A stretch of DNA of 64,000 nt from the NCBI GenBank assembly GCA_964570825.1, contig CAZMZJ010000006.1, positions 70,202-134,201 on the forward strand. Reading direction: 5' to 3'. Positions 26,348 through 35,209 of the stretch are shown piece by piece. A program made the position numbers and the translations under genes. The notes below the pieces were generated by a model. The model saw only the letters and a list, made by a program, of their open reading frames with translations, did no database searches and was not told where the DNA came from. Source of the stretch: an uncultured Lachnospiraceae bacterium (GTDB taxonomy: Bacteria; Bacillota; Clostridia; Oscillospirales; CAG-272). Within the stretch, counting starts at the first letter, position 1. Every line of letters begins with the position of its first letter.

Positions 26348-27115
26348 TTATAATTCTTCCTCTTCGGAATACACTTTAATGCCGTCGAGTCTGCCTGCTT
26401 CGCGGAAACCTGAGATTTCTCCGCGCTGGAGAGCCCCGAAGATGCGGTATCGGAGTCCTTTGTTACGGCGTTCAAGGTCTAAAAGAAGTTTTTTCATCTC
26501 GGCCCGTTCGGTATTTCCGTTGGCGGGACAGGATGATTCGACGACAGGGAGGCTGACTTTGGAGGCGAAATAACGTATGTCCTTTTCGGGCATATAAATC
26601 ATAGGGCGGATAAGATAGAGGTCGCGCCGCGAGAGGTATGTCACGGGCTGGAAGCAGCCGATGCGGCCCTCATAGAACAGATTGAGCATAAAGGTTTCGA
26701 CGGCGTCGTCGAAGTGGTGGCCGAGAGCGACTTTGCCGCAGCCGATGTCCTTTGCGGCGGCGTGGAGCGCTCCGCGGCGCATTTTTGCGCAGAGCGAGCA
26801 GGGGTTTGATTCCTTGCGCACCTCAAAAATGATTTTTGAAATCTGAGTCGGTATTATGTGATAAGGGACGTCAAGAGCCGCGCAGAGTTCGGCGATTTTT
26901 GAAAAGTCGGTATTTTCAAAGCCCATGTCTATTGTAATTGCGTGAAGTTCAAACTTTTTCGGATAGAAACGCCTCATTTCCGAGAGCGCGCAGAGAAGAG
27001 TGAGCGAGTCTTTGCCGCCCGAGACGCCGACAGCGATTTTGTCGCCGTCTGTTATCATTGAGTAATCGTCGACGGCGCGGCGGACGAAGCTGAGCACGCG
27101 TTTTATATTTTCCAT
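26348..27115 (-). CDS. ttcA: PP-loop ATPase, TtcA-like tRNA 2-thiocytidine synthetase
   Basis: The start is taken at MENIKR (27115). The PP-loop is VGVSGGKDSLTLL, and Cys motifs CSLCAKMRRG and SCPANG are present. Confidence 0.75.
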   Translation of the reverse strand: MENIKRVLSFVRRAVDDYSMITDGDKIAVGVSGGKDSLTLLCALSEMRRFYPKKFELHAITIDMGFENTDFSKIAELCAALDVPYHIIPTQISKIIFEVRKESNPCSLCAKMRRGALHAAAKDIGCGKVALGHHFDDAVETFMLNLFYEGRIGCFQPVTYLSRRDLYLIRPMIYMPEKDIRYFASKVSLPVVESSCPANGNTERAEMKKLLLDLERRNKGLRYRIFGALQRGEISGFREAGRLDGIKVYSEEEEL

Positions 27116-27143
27116 AATCAAGCTAATCCTTAATACAATCCTT

Positions 27144-27914
27144 TTAGAGCAGGCAGGTGTTGTAAACCGCCGCGGCGCGGTCGGTATAGACGCGCGGGCG
27201 CACATCAGGTCCGTCGCGGTAAATAATCAGAGGAGGAGTGATGTCGAGCGAAGGAGAACCGCCGAGGCGCGATTCGACAAGGACAATCGACGGAGGCGAG
27301 GCGGCGTCTGACTGTACGAAGGTCATGCGTTTAGGCTCGAGCCTGCTGTTTCTCAGTGCGGACATAAGATCGGCGAGCCGGTCCGGGCGGAATACCGAGT
27401 AAAACCTTCCGCCGAATCTGAGCAGCCGCGCGGCAGCGGCGCAGAAGTCGTCGATGCCGCCGTTTTCTTCGTGTCTGGCAATGCTTTTCATGTCGCTGCT
27501 GCAGCGTTTCCCGTGTCCTTTATGCATATAAGGAGGATTTGCATACACCACGTCAAGCTCTCCGCCTGTGTCGCAGGACTTAATATTTCTGATGTCTGTG
27601 CAGAGTTGCGTGATTATCGTTTCGAAACCGTTGGCGGAAATATTGCGGCGGCCGAGCTGCGCAAAATCGGGCTGGATTTCGACGGCGTATATATGTCCGA
27701 GTTTGCCGCGCGCGGCGCAGAGAAGCGAAACGATGCCGGTGCCGCTGCCGAGATCCGCCGCGCGCGCACGCGGCTCGGGGCGCACAAAAGCGGCGAGCAT
27801 ATACGCATCGGTGCCGAAGGTAAGCCCATCCTTTTTTTGAATAAGCCTGATTTTTTCATTAACCTCGTCGATTCTCTCGCCGTCGAGGGGCGGTGTAGGG
27901 GGGCAGCTGTTCAC
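27144..27914 (-). CDS. SAM-dependent methyltransferase, tRNA1(Val) (adenine37-N6)-methyltransferase-like (YfiC/YabB type)
   Basis: SAM motif DLGSGTGIVSL and the NPPY motif (VVYANPPYM). Confidence 0.7.
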   Translation of the reverse strand: MNSCPPTPPLDGERIDEVNEKIRLIQKKDGLTFGTDAYMLAAFVRPEPRARAADLGSGTGIVSLLCAARGKLGHIYAVEIQPDFAQLGRRNISANGFETIITQLCTDIRNIKSCDTGGELDVVYANPPYMHKGHGKRCSSDMKSIARHEENGGIDDFCAAAARLLRFGGRFYSVFRPDRLADLMSALRNSRLEPKRMTFVQSDAASPPSIVLVESRLGGSPSLDITPPLIIYRDGPDVRPRVYTDRAAAVYNTCLL

Positions 27915-27998
27915 ATTAGTCCTCCTGTTCTCTATAACAAAACGGAGCAGCCGAAAGGCTTCCCCGTTTGTTTTCCGGACAGAATATATGTAGCCGGA

Positions 27999-28169
27999 TT
28001 ATTCTGCCTTGGGTGCTCCGACGGGACAAACGTCCGCGCAGGATCCGCAGTCTATGCACTTATCGGGGTCTATAACGTATTTGCCGTCTTTTTCGCTTAT
28101 AGCCTCGACAGGACACTGATCGGCGCAGGTTCCGCATGCGATGCAGTCGTCTGAAATTTTGTAAGCCAT
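27999..28169 (-). CDS. fdx: 2x[4Fe-4S] clostridial-type ferredoxin
   Basis: The 56-aa product is MAYKISDDCIACGTCADQCP...CIDCGSCADVCP. The SD is GGAGGT. Confidence 0.9.
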   Translation of the reverse strand: MAYKISDDCIACGTCADQCPVEAISEKDGKYVIDPDKCIDCGSCADVCPVGAPKAE

Positions 28170-28201
28170 CTTAGTATACCTCCGAGTAATTGTATGATTA
28201 T

Positions 28202-28230
28202 ATTGTAACACAGCAATGTGGTTTTTGCAA
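28202..28230 (-). promoter_or_regulatory. candidate sigma-A promoter of the ferredoxin gene
   Basis: On the minus strand: TTGCAA (28230-28225), a 17-nt spacer, then TACAAT (28207-28202). Confidence 0.5.
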
Positions 28231-28379
28231 TCAAAAATTAAAAAATTATAGGCCGGCGAAGAAAATTTTACCTGATTTTCTCTGCGTCCGGCCTAATATA
28301 TGTCAAAAAAACAATAAAATCCCGCCGGCTGCAAATGCAGAAAATCAAAAAACAGAAAACTATCGGTCAGGCTGGGATA

Positions 28380-29537
28380 TTACTCTTCCTTCTCGCCTTC
28401 CTCGCTGGTTTTGTCCTTATCCTTATCGTTATCCTTGTCGCGGTCGCTGGCCTGCGGGCGCGACAGCACCCTGACGTCGGCACGGTTGAATGTCTTGGGA
28501 GGATTGTCCTGTTTGTCGGAAAGTCTGACTTTAATCATGCCGGAAAGCGGGTTGATTTCGGTTACCACGCCGTCCCCGTCGGCGGTTCTGACCACGGAAT
28601 CGACGGGAGGAGTCTGCCTGATTTCATCCACATATGTGTCGTATTCATAGCGCAGGCAGCACATGAGCCGGCCGCAGCAGCCGGATATTTTATTTGAGTT
28701 GAGCGAAAGATTCTGCTCTTTCGCCATTTTAATCGAAACCTGAACGAAATCAGAGAGGAAAGTCGAGCAGCAGAGCGGGCGGCCGCAGGCTCCGATTCCG
28801 CCGAGCAGTTTAGCTTCGTCGCGAATTCCGATCTGCCGCAGTTCTATTCTCGTGCGGAAAACAGAGGCGAGGTCCTTGACCAGCTCGCGGAAATCGACGC
28901 GTCCGGCCGAGGTGAAGTAAAACAGCAGCTTTGAGTTGTCGAAGGTGTATTGAGCGTCTACAAGCTTCATGTCAAGCTCGTGCTTGGCGATTTTTTCAAG
29001 ACAGATATTGAAGGCTTCCTTTTCGCGCTTATGGTTCTGTTCGTTATGCTCGGCGTCCTCTCGGGTAGCTATTCGGATTAGCGGGCGCAGCGGCGGAACT
29101 ATGTCTTTTTCAGCGACCCGGCGGTTGGGGAGGTGGACTTCGCCGTATTCCGGCCCGCGCGCTGTTTCAACGATAACAAAGTCCCCTTGCTGAACTTTTA
29201 TTCCGCCCGGGGCGAAATAATATACTTTTCCGGCTTGTTTGAACCTGACTCCGATCACCTCTACGGAACCGGCGGCATCAGAGGCTGTCGGCACGGCTTG
29301 TTTTCCGGCATCGAAGTCAAAAGAGGAAAAGTCCGGCATCCTGTTCGCCTGCACCCCGCCGGGGACATCAGCAGAGGTTTTTTCAGTTTCGCCTGCTTCC
29401 TTAGCGACAGGAATTTCCCAAACAGGCTGCGGCGCCAGTGTTTCGGCTGAATCGTTGGCATCAGTTCCTTCTTTTACGGAAGGCTCGTGCTCGCCGCTGC
29501 CGCTGGGAACTGCGTTCTTGTTCTGTATATCGTCCAT
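28380..29537 (-). CDS. ricT: PSP1-domain protein (YaaT/RicT-like)
   Basis: The product contains VIGVRFKQAGKVYYFAPGGIKVQQGDFVIVETARGPEYGEV and the Cys cluster CGRPLCC...CCGRLMCCLRYE. It carries an ~90-aa N-terminal extension and an acidic DKDNDKDKDK tail. Confidence 0.85.
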   Translation of the reverse strand: MDDIQNKNAVPSGSGEHEPSVKEGTDANDSAETLAPQPVWEIPVAKEAGETEKTSADVPGGVQANRMPDFSSFDFDAGKQAVPTASDAAGSVEVIGVRFKQAGKVYYFAPGGIKVQQGDFVIVETARGPEYGEVHLPNRRVAEKDIVPPLRPLIRIATREDAEHNEQNHKREKEAFNICLEKIAKHELDMKLVDAQYTFDNSKLLFYFTSAGRVDFRELVKDLASVFRTRIELRQIGIRDEAKLLGGIGACGRPLCCSTFLSDFVQVSIKMAKEQNLSLNSNKISGCCGRLMCCLRYEYDTYVDEIRQTPPVDSVVRTADGDGVVTEINPLSGMIKVRLSDKQDNPPKTFNRADVRVLSRPQASDRDKDNDKDKDKTSEEGEKEE

Positions 29538-29594
29538 TATTTTAGCATTCCTTTCAGTATGTGCCCGCCGCCGTTATTCGGGCTGACGGTGCGC

Positions 29595-30614
29595 TTAGCT
29601 TATTAAGATCAAATTCAATAACGTCAGGCGGAGGTTGGCGTTCCTTTCAAGCATCATAGAAGCTCCGTCTGTTTTTTCGCGGAGCGAAAGCAGGCCCGAA
29701 AGAGAAAACCGGCATGATATGTCGAGCGCTTCCTCGCGGTCAGGCCAGAACAAAAGGGGAGCGTTATCTGATTTTTTCAGCACTATAAGGTCACGCAGCG
29801 CGTCTGACGCGGAAGAAAGCACGGCTGCGGCGTCCTCGCGCTTTTGCGGAAATAAAGATATGATTTGAAGCCTTTCAGACGCCGAAACTGAGGGAAGGAA
29901 AGCGCTGATAAAGCTTTTGGCAAGGCGGCGGCGTTCAATGACAGGCTTGCGGGCTTCTGGGTCGAGCAGGCAGAGCGCCTTTCCGATGCAGCCGCCCGAT
30001 ACGCTTATGATTTCCGCCAGCTCGTCCGGGGAAGAGGCCGACAATTCCGCGGCCCTTTTGTCATGCGTGACGATGTATTCTGAAACCGTACGAGTGTCAA
30101 GCAGGCTGGTGCGAAGAACCGGAGCGCGGCTTCGGACTGTTTCGAGCAAGACCGACGCTGACTGGCAGATAAGAAAGAAGACCGCGTATTCCGGCGGTTC
30201 CTCAAGCGTGAGCAGAAGGGCGTTCTGCGCCTGCGGAGTCATTTTATCGGCATCTTCAATAATATATACTTTATTTGCAAAATCATTCGGGACGGCGAGC
30301 ACATCCTGCCTGATAAAGCGCGCCGAGTCAACTCCGACGGTGGATTTGTCTTTCTCCACAGTAATCCTTATCACATCCGGAGTTTTACCTCCGAATATTT
30401 TCCGGCAGGCCGCACATTCGAAGCATGGAAGTCTGCCGCAGGATTTTTTTTCGCAGGATAATGCCGCGGCGGCCGTGAGAGCGAGCGTTTTTCTCCCGCT
30501 TCCCGGCGGGCCTTCAATAATATAAGCGTGAGGGAAGCTGCCCTTTAGTATTTCTTCCGCAAGGCGCAGACGGAGCGGGATGTTTCCGGCGATATTTGAA
30601 AAATATCCGCTCAT
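29595..30614 (-). CDS. holB: DNA polymerase III delta-prime subunit
   Basis: The product contains PHAYIIEGPPGSGRKTLAL, the Zn module CGRLPCFECAACRK, NALLLTLEEPP and SRA. Confidence 0.8.
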   Translation of the reverse strand: MSGYFSNIAGNIPLRLRLAEEILKGSFPHAYIIEGPPGSGRKTLALTAAAALSCEKKSCGRLPCFECAACRKIFGGKTPDVIRITVEKDKSTVGVDSARFIRQDVLAVPNDFANKVYIIEDADKMTPQAQNALLLTLEEPPEYAVFFLICQSASVLLETVRSRAPVLRTSLLDTRTVSEYIVTHDKRAAELSASSPDELAEIISVSGGCIGKALCLLDPEARKPVIERRRLAKSFISAFLPSVSASERLQIISLFPQKREDAAAVLSSASDALRDLIVLKKSDNAPLLFWPDREEALDISCRFSLSGLLSLREKTDGASMMLERNANLRLTLLNLILIS

Positions 30615-30819
30615 ATCGCTTCCGCAGCCTCCTATAAAACAATTATTATATATTATATCAAATCATATACCCCATGTCAATCATCACCCGGCGTCACGTC
30701 TTAAATATAACCGGAAGGGATGTATCATTGTATTCCGCATTTTTCTTTATATGAGCAGCAAAACGCGGGCTTTGACATATAATGCTATTGGTTTACTTAA
30801 TTTATCCGAGGTGATTTAT

Positions 30820-31464
30820 ATGAACAAAAACAATGTCTGGCCCTGCTATGCCGAAATGCCGGTAGTATCAGACTCGTATGTAAGGCTTTTGCATGCCTCT
30901 CCCGACGCGCCGCCGGTGGACGTTTATGCGGACGGCAGCCTTATAGCCAGGAATCTTGCATACAAACAGCTTACCAACTATGTTCCGGTAATGCCCGGAG
31001 AATATAATATTCAGGTATTTCCGGCAGGGCAAAAGCAGGCTCCTGTAATTAACTCAAATCTTGTAATACCGCCCGAGAGCAGCATTACTGTCGCCGCTTC
31101 CGGCATGCTCTCCGACATTAGTCTTTTGCCGATACGGGAGGCATATATGCCGATGGTCGACAGGCGGAGCTCATATGTCAGGTTTGCGCATCTGTCGCCC
31201 AACGCCCCCGCCGTCGACATTACGCTTCCCGACGGGACAAAACTGTTTTCCAACATAGGCTTCAGACAGCATTCAAACTATATTTCCGCAAATCCCGGCA
31301 CATATACCCTGCTTGTAAAGCCTGCCGGCTCAGACAAGACCGTGCTAACAGTACCCGGCGTAAGGCTTGCGCCCGGAACGATCTATACTGTATATGCCGT
31401 CGGGCTGTTAAACGAAGAACCGCCTCTTGACACAATAATTGCCGTAGACGGGGATTATACATAA
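30820..31464 (+). CDS. DUF4397 domain protein
   Basis: The ATG at 30820 follows GAGGTG. The domain is duplicated: VRLLHASPDAPPVDVYADG and VRFAHLSPNAPAVDITLPDG. Confidence 0.6.
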   Translation: MNKNNVWPCYAEMPVVSDSYVRLLHASPDAPPVDVYADGSLIARNLAYKQLTNYVPVMPGEYNIQVFPAGQKQAPVINSNLVIPPESSITVAASGMLSDISLLPIREAYMPMVDRRSSYVRFAHLSPNAPAVDITLPDGTKLFSNIGFRQHSNYISANPGTYTLLVKPAGSDKTVLTVPGVRLAPGTIYTVYAVGLLNEEPPLDTIIAVDGDYT

Positions 31465-31492
31465 GCCGGTCAGGTGCTGGTGCAAAATGCAG

Positions 31493-31530
31493 ACGAACGG
31501 CGAAAAAACGTTTGAGTTTTTCGCCGTTCG
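31493..31530. terminator. 15-bp perfect hairpin, a bidirectional terminator between convergent genes
   Basis: acgaacggcgaaaaa-(8 nt)-tttttcgccgttcgt. Confidence 0.6.
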
Positions 31531-31567
31531 TAGTTCGTAGTTCGTAGTTCGTAGTTCGTCTTTCGTA
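31526..31567. repeat. heptanucleotide tandem repeat (GTTCGTA)x4 plus 2 degenerate units
   Basis: gttcgta occurs at 31526, 31533, 31540 and 31547, then gttcgtc and tttcgta. The array starts inside the right arm of the terminator hairpin. Confidence 0.9.
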
Positions 31568-31590
31568 CCGGTACCTGTTGGCGCCCGATA

Positions 31591-32319
31591 TTAGCCGCAG
31601 TTTTCCCAGTTGTGATAAACCTCAAGGACATCGTCGTAATTCTCAAGATTTTCAAGCAGAAGATTCATATGTCTTATGTCATCCTCGTTTTCAAGCGTGA
31701 CATAAGTTGAAGGGATTTTATCCTTCTCTGCCGACTCGATTTCATATCCGGCAGCCTTAAGGGCGTCTCTGACAGCGTAGAGATCGTCAGGTTCGGTGTA
31801 GATTTCAAATCCGTCATCGTTCGCCACAAAATCGGCGGCTCCGGCCTCGAGCGCGTCCTCCATCAGCTTATCCTCGTTTTTGACGTTTTCGCGCAGAATA
31901 AATATTACGCCCTTGTCCGAGAACAGAAAGCTTACGCAGCCGACCTGTCCGAGGTTTCCGCCGAACTTGTCGAAATAATGGCGTATTTCCCCGGCCGTGC
32001 GGTTGCGGTTGTCTGTAGACGCCTCGACTATGACGGCGATTCCGCAGGGGCCGTAGCCCTCGTATGTGACCGGCTCGTAGTTTGCGCCCTCTCCGCCCAG
32101 CGCCTTTTTAATAGCGCGTTCGATGTTTTCGTTAGGAATATTGTTGTCCTTGGCCTTTGCTATGGCGTCGCGGAGCTTGGAGTTTGAAACTGGATCCCCG
32201 CCTCCGGCTTTGACCGCCATCGCGAGCTCTTTTCCTATTTTTGTAAACACACAGGCGCGCTGCGCGTCGGTTTTTTCTTTTTTATGCTTTATGTTTGCCC
32301 ATTTGCTGTGTCCCGACAT
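31591..32319 (-). CDS. yebC: YebC/PmpR-family DNA-binding regulator
   Basis: The product begins MSGHSKWANIKHKKEKTDAQRA and is 242 aa. Confidence 0.9.
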   Translation of the reverse strand: MSGHSKWANIKHKKEKTDAQRACVFTKIGKELAMAVKAGGGDPVSNSKLRDAIAKAKDNNIPNENIERAIKKALGGEGANYEPVTYEGYGPCGIAVIVEASTDNRNRTAGEIRHYFDKFGGNLGQVGCVSFLFSDKGVIFILRENVKNEDKLMEDALEAGAADFVANDDGFEIYTEPDDLYAVRDALKAAGYEIESAEKDKIPSTYVTLENEDDIRHMNLLLENLENYDDVLEVYHNWENCG

Positions 32320-32345
32320 ATGACTGTACCTCTAAATATATAAAA

Positions 32346-34067
32346 TTAAATTTTTGACATTTTTTTAAGGCAGATAAGGCCGAACGCGCGGCCGAGAACA
32401 ATATTGACGGCCTCTGTGAGCCTGATTCTTGTCGTTCTTACCGTCTCGTCCTCTTCATTCAGAATGCGGCAGTTGTGGTAGAAGCGGTTGAAAGCCGACG
32501 CTGCATCGAGTATGAAGCGCGTGACGTAGAAAGGTTCGTAATCTGCGAGCGCCGATTCGCAGCTCTCGCGGAAGCGGCATAGAATTTTCAGCAGGTCGCT
32601 CTCCTCGCGAGCGGTCAGCCTGAACGCGCAGTCCTTAACGCTGCCGGCTTTTTCAAGGATCGAGCAGGTGCGCGCGTAGGTGTACTGCACATACGGTCCG
32701 GTGTTTCCGTCGAAGGAGAGGGCGTCCTCCATTATGAAGTTGATGTCCCTCATGCGGCTGCCCGACAGGTAATAGAAGACAATCGCCCCTACGCCGACCG
32801 CCTCGGCGGCCTCGGCTTTGTTAGGCAGATTAGGGCTCTTTTCGTCCATTATGGCCGAAACCTTTTCTATCGCCAGAGCGAACAGATCCTTGAGCAGTAT
32901 GACGTTTCCTGTGCGTGTGGCGAGCTTTTCGCCGTTGATGCTGACAGTTCCGTAGGGTACGTGAACCAGCTCGTCCGCCCAGTCGTAACCCATCAGTTCG
33001 AGCACCTTGAACCACTGACTGAAGTGCAGGCACTGACCGGCTGAAGTGACATAAATACATTTGTCGAAATTGTAATGCTCCTTGCGGTAGACGGCGGCGG
33101 CAATATCGCGCGTCGGATATAGCGTCGAGCCGTCGCGCTTAAGAATCAGGCAGGGCGGCATGCCGTATGCCTCAAGGTCGACGATAGACGCTCCGTCGTC
33201 AATTTTGAGCAGTCCTGACGCTTTCAGCTTTTCGACCTGCGCGGGCATTTTATCCGTGTAGAAACTCTCGCCGTTGTAGCTGTCGAAGGTGATTCCGAGC
33301 TGCTTATAGGTTTTCTGATATTCCTTAAGGCTGATTTCCACGAACCAGCGCCATAGGGCGAGGTTTTCCGGATCGCCGGTTTCGAGCTTATGGAACTCCG
33401 CCCTTGCCTTGTCTTCGAGCGTCGGGTCTTTTTCAGCCTCGGCGTGGAATTTTACATAGAGCGAAACGAGCTCGTCGATTTCCTTTTTTTCGACTTCCTC
33501 GCGGCTGCCCCAGAGCCTGAACGCCACGATCAGCTTTCCGAACTGCGTTCCCCAGTCGCCGAGGTGGTTTATGCCTACGCACTCGCACCCGGCGAACTCA
33601 AAGAGCTGTTTTAGCGAATGGCCTATGACGGTCGTCCCGAGGTGTCCGATGTGAAAAGGCTTAGCCACATTCGGCGACGAGTAGTCGAGTACGATTTTCA
33701 TGCCTGCATAACCTTCGGGCGCGCCGTATTTTTCGCGCTTTTCAAGTATCTCGGGCAGCACGCTTGCAGCAAGATAGCTGTCGGATATTCTGATGTTGAG
33801 ATATCCATTGACTGCGCTGGCCATGCCGCAAGGGCCGGTGCTTTCCGTCGATTTCAGAGCGTCCGCCAGCGCCGAAGCAATCTGTACCGGAGAGCGGCGC
33901 AGGAGTCTGCTCAGCTTGAAGCATGGAAGAGCAAGGTCTCCGAGCGAGGTGTCGGGCGGATACTCAAGCATTCCCAAAATATCGCCCGAGGACACAGCCG
34001 CGCCCGGAAAAGCGCCTGCCGCGCACTCCGCGATTTTTTCGGAGATAAGTTTTTTGATTGTCTGCAT
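32346..34067 (-). CDS. argS: arginine--tRNA ligase
   Basis: The start is taken at MQTIKKL (34067), after AAGAGGAA. The product has the HIGH motif (PFHIGHLGTTVIGH) and a C-terminal DALR anticodon-binding region. Confidence 0.9.
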   Translation of the reverse strand: MQTIKKLISEKIAECAAGAFPGAAVSSGDILGMLEYPPDTSLGDLALPCFKLSRLLRRSPVQIASALADALKSTESTGPCGMASAVNGYLNIRISDSYLAASVLPEILEKREKYGAPEGYAGMKIVLDYSSPNVAKPFHIGHLGTTVIGHSLKQLFEFAGCECVGINHLGDWGTQFGKLIVAFRLWGSREEVEKKEIDELVSLYVKFHAEAEKDPTLEDKARAEFHKLETGDPENLALWRWFVEISLKEYQKTYKQLGITFDSYNGESFYTDKMPAQVEKLKASGLLKIDDGASIVDLEAYGMPPCLILKRDGSTLYPTRDIAAAVYRKEHYNFDKCIYVTSAGQCLHFSQWFKVLELMGYDWADELVHVPYGTVSINGEKLATRTGNVILLKDLFALAIEKVSAIMDEKSPNLPNKAEAAEAVGVGAIVFYYLSGSRMRDINFIMEDALSFDGNTGPYVQYTYARTCSILEKAGSVKDCAFRLTAREESDLLKILCRFRESCESALADYEPFYVTRFILDAASAFNRFYHNCRILNEEDETVRTTRIRLTEAVNIVLGRAFGLICLKKMSKI

Positions 34068-34129
34068 TGTTATTCCTCTTTTGATATGTGATGTCCTTCC
34101 GGATAATACGTATATAAAAAAGCTGATTG

Positions 34130-34603
34130 TCAATTATAAGTTAACCGGCATACCTTCGCGCCGATAAAAGAAACAAGCTTTGCTCTGTCAATATAGAGCT
34201 GCGCCCCGCGCACGCCCGCGCTGACGGTGATTTTTTCGTGTTTTTCCGCGCTCTCGTCAAAGAATGTCGGGAAAGCCTTTTTCATGCCTATCGGTGAGCA
34301 TCCGCCTCTGATGTATCCTGTCAGTCCGAGCAGGTCTTTGACATGCACCAGTTCCACCCGTTTGTTTCCGGTCGCCGCGGCGGCGGTTTTAAGGTCTATC
34401 TCCTTGTCAACCGGTATGCAGAAAACCACATATCCGGTTTTATCTCCCTGCGCCACAATCGTCTTGAAAACCACCTCGCAGGGCAGATTTATCTGTTCGG
34501 CAATGTGTATGCCGGATAGGTCGTTCTCGTCGACCTCGTATTCGAGCACCTGATATTCGATTTTTGCCGTATCAAGCCGGCGCATCGCGTTTGTCTTGTT
34601 CAT
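34130..34603 (-). CDS. ybaK: Cys-tRNA(Pro)/Cys-tRNA(Cys) deacylase YbaK
   Basis: The product begins MNKTNAMRRLDTAKIEYQVLEYEV and contains GGCSPIG. It is 157 aa and its start overlaps the upstream stop by 4 nt. Confidence 0.8.
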   Translation of the reverse strand: MNKTNAMRRLDTAKIEYQVLEYEVDENDLSGIHIAEQINLPCEVVFKTIVAQGDKTGYVVFCIPVDKEIDLKTAAAATGNKRVELVHVKDLLGLTGYIRGGCSPIGMKKAFPTFFDESAEKHEKITVSAGVRGAQLYIDRAKLVSFIGAKVCRLTYN

Positions 34604-35127
34604 TGTATTCTGTCGTGCCTTTCGTCGGTACTCATGTTATGTATTTTTTCCTGAGCGTACCCGTCGGCCGCACCCGGCTTTTTCGTGCCGGATAAAATTT
34701 CCCGGTAATGCTGGAGCACCGACTTACGGGTTATGATTCCCATGAACATCCCCCTGTCGTCAACCACGGGTACAAAGTTCTGCTCGGTCACGCGCACAAT
34801 CAGCTCATCCATCGTGGCCCGTATATTCACCGCGGGGTTCCAGCCTTTCCGCAGTATCGAAGATATATGATAATTTTCCTGTTCCTTCAACGTACTCTCG
34901 CCGCTGTCTATTATATGCCAGAGGAAGTCGCCTTCGCTGACGGTTCCCGCATATGTGCCGTCGTCGTCTATCACCGGCATTGCGGTATAGCCGTGATGTC
35001 TCATTTTTTCGAGTCCCTGCCGCAGTGTCGCGCGGCTGTTGAGAAACGCAACCGATGATTTGACGGTTATAAGAAATATAATATTGTTCTTTCCGCCGAC
35101 CATTTTGACCGCCTTTTCTGTATTCAT
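34600..35127 (-). CDS. CBS-domain pair protein
   Basis: Two CBS-like units are present (HGYTAMPVIDDDGTYAGTVSEGDFL; QNFVPVVDDRGMFMGIITRKSVL). Confidence 0.7.
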   Translation of the reverse strand: MNTEKAVKMVGGKNNIIFLITVKSSVAFLNSRATLRQGLEKMRHHGYTAMPVIDDDGTYAGTVSEGDFLWHIIDSGESTLKEQENYHISSILRKGWNPAVNIRATMDELIVRVTEQNFVPVVDDRGMFMGIITRKSVLQHYREILSGTKKPGAADGYAQEKIHNMSTDERHDRIQ

Positions 35128-35209
35128 TATATTTGTGCCTTGAGCTGAAGTATCTATATTGGGTAAATGCCGAACGGCTGCTTTCGCCCAGCCGTTTTGT
35201 TTTCTGCGC

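Noticed and set aside
30580-30819. 80-codon N-terminal extension of the DUF4397 ORF
   Set aside because: It overlaps the holB start on the opposite strand and has no SD. The internal ATG at 30820 has a GAGGTG SD and begins right before the conserved domain.
31526-31567. CRISPR-like array
   Set aside because: The repeats are 7-nt units directly abutting one another with no spacers. This is a microsatellite, not a CRISPR array. No other spaced repeats were seen in the window.
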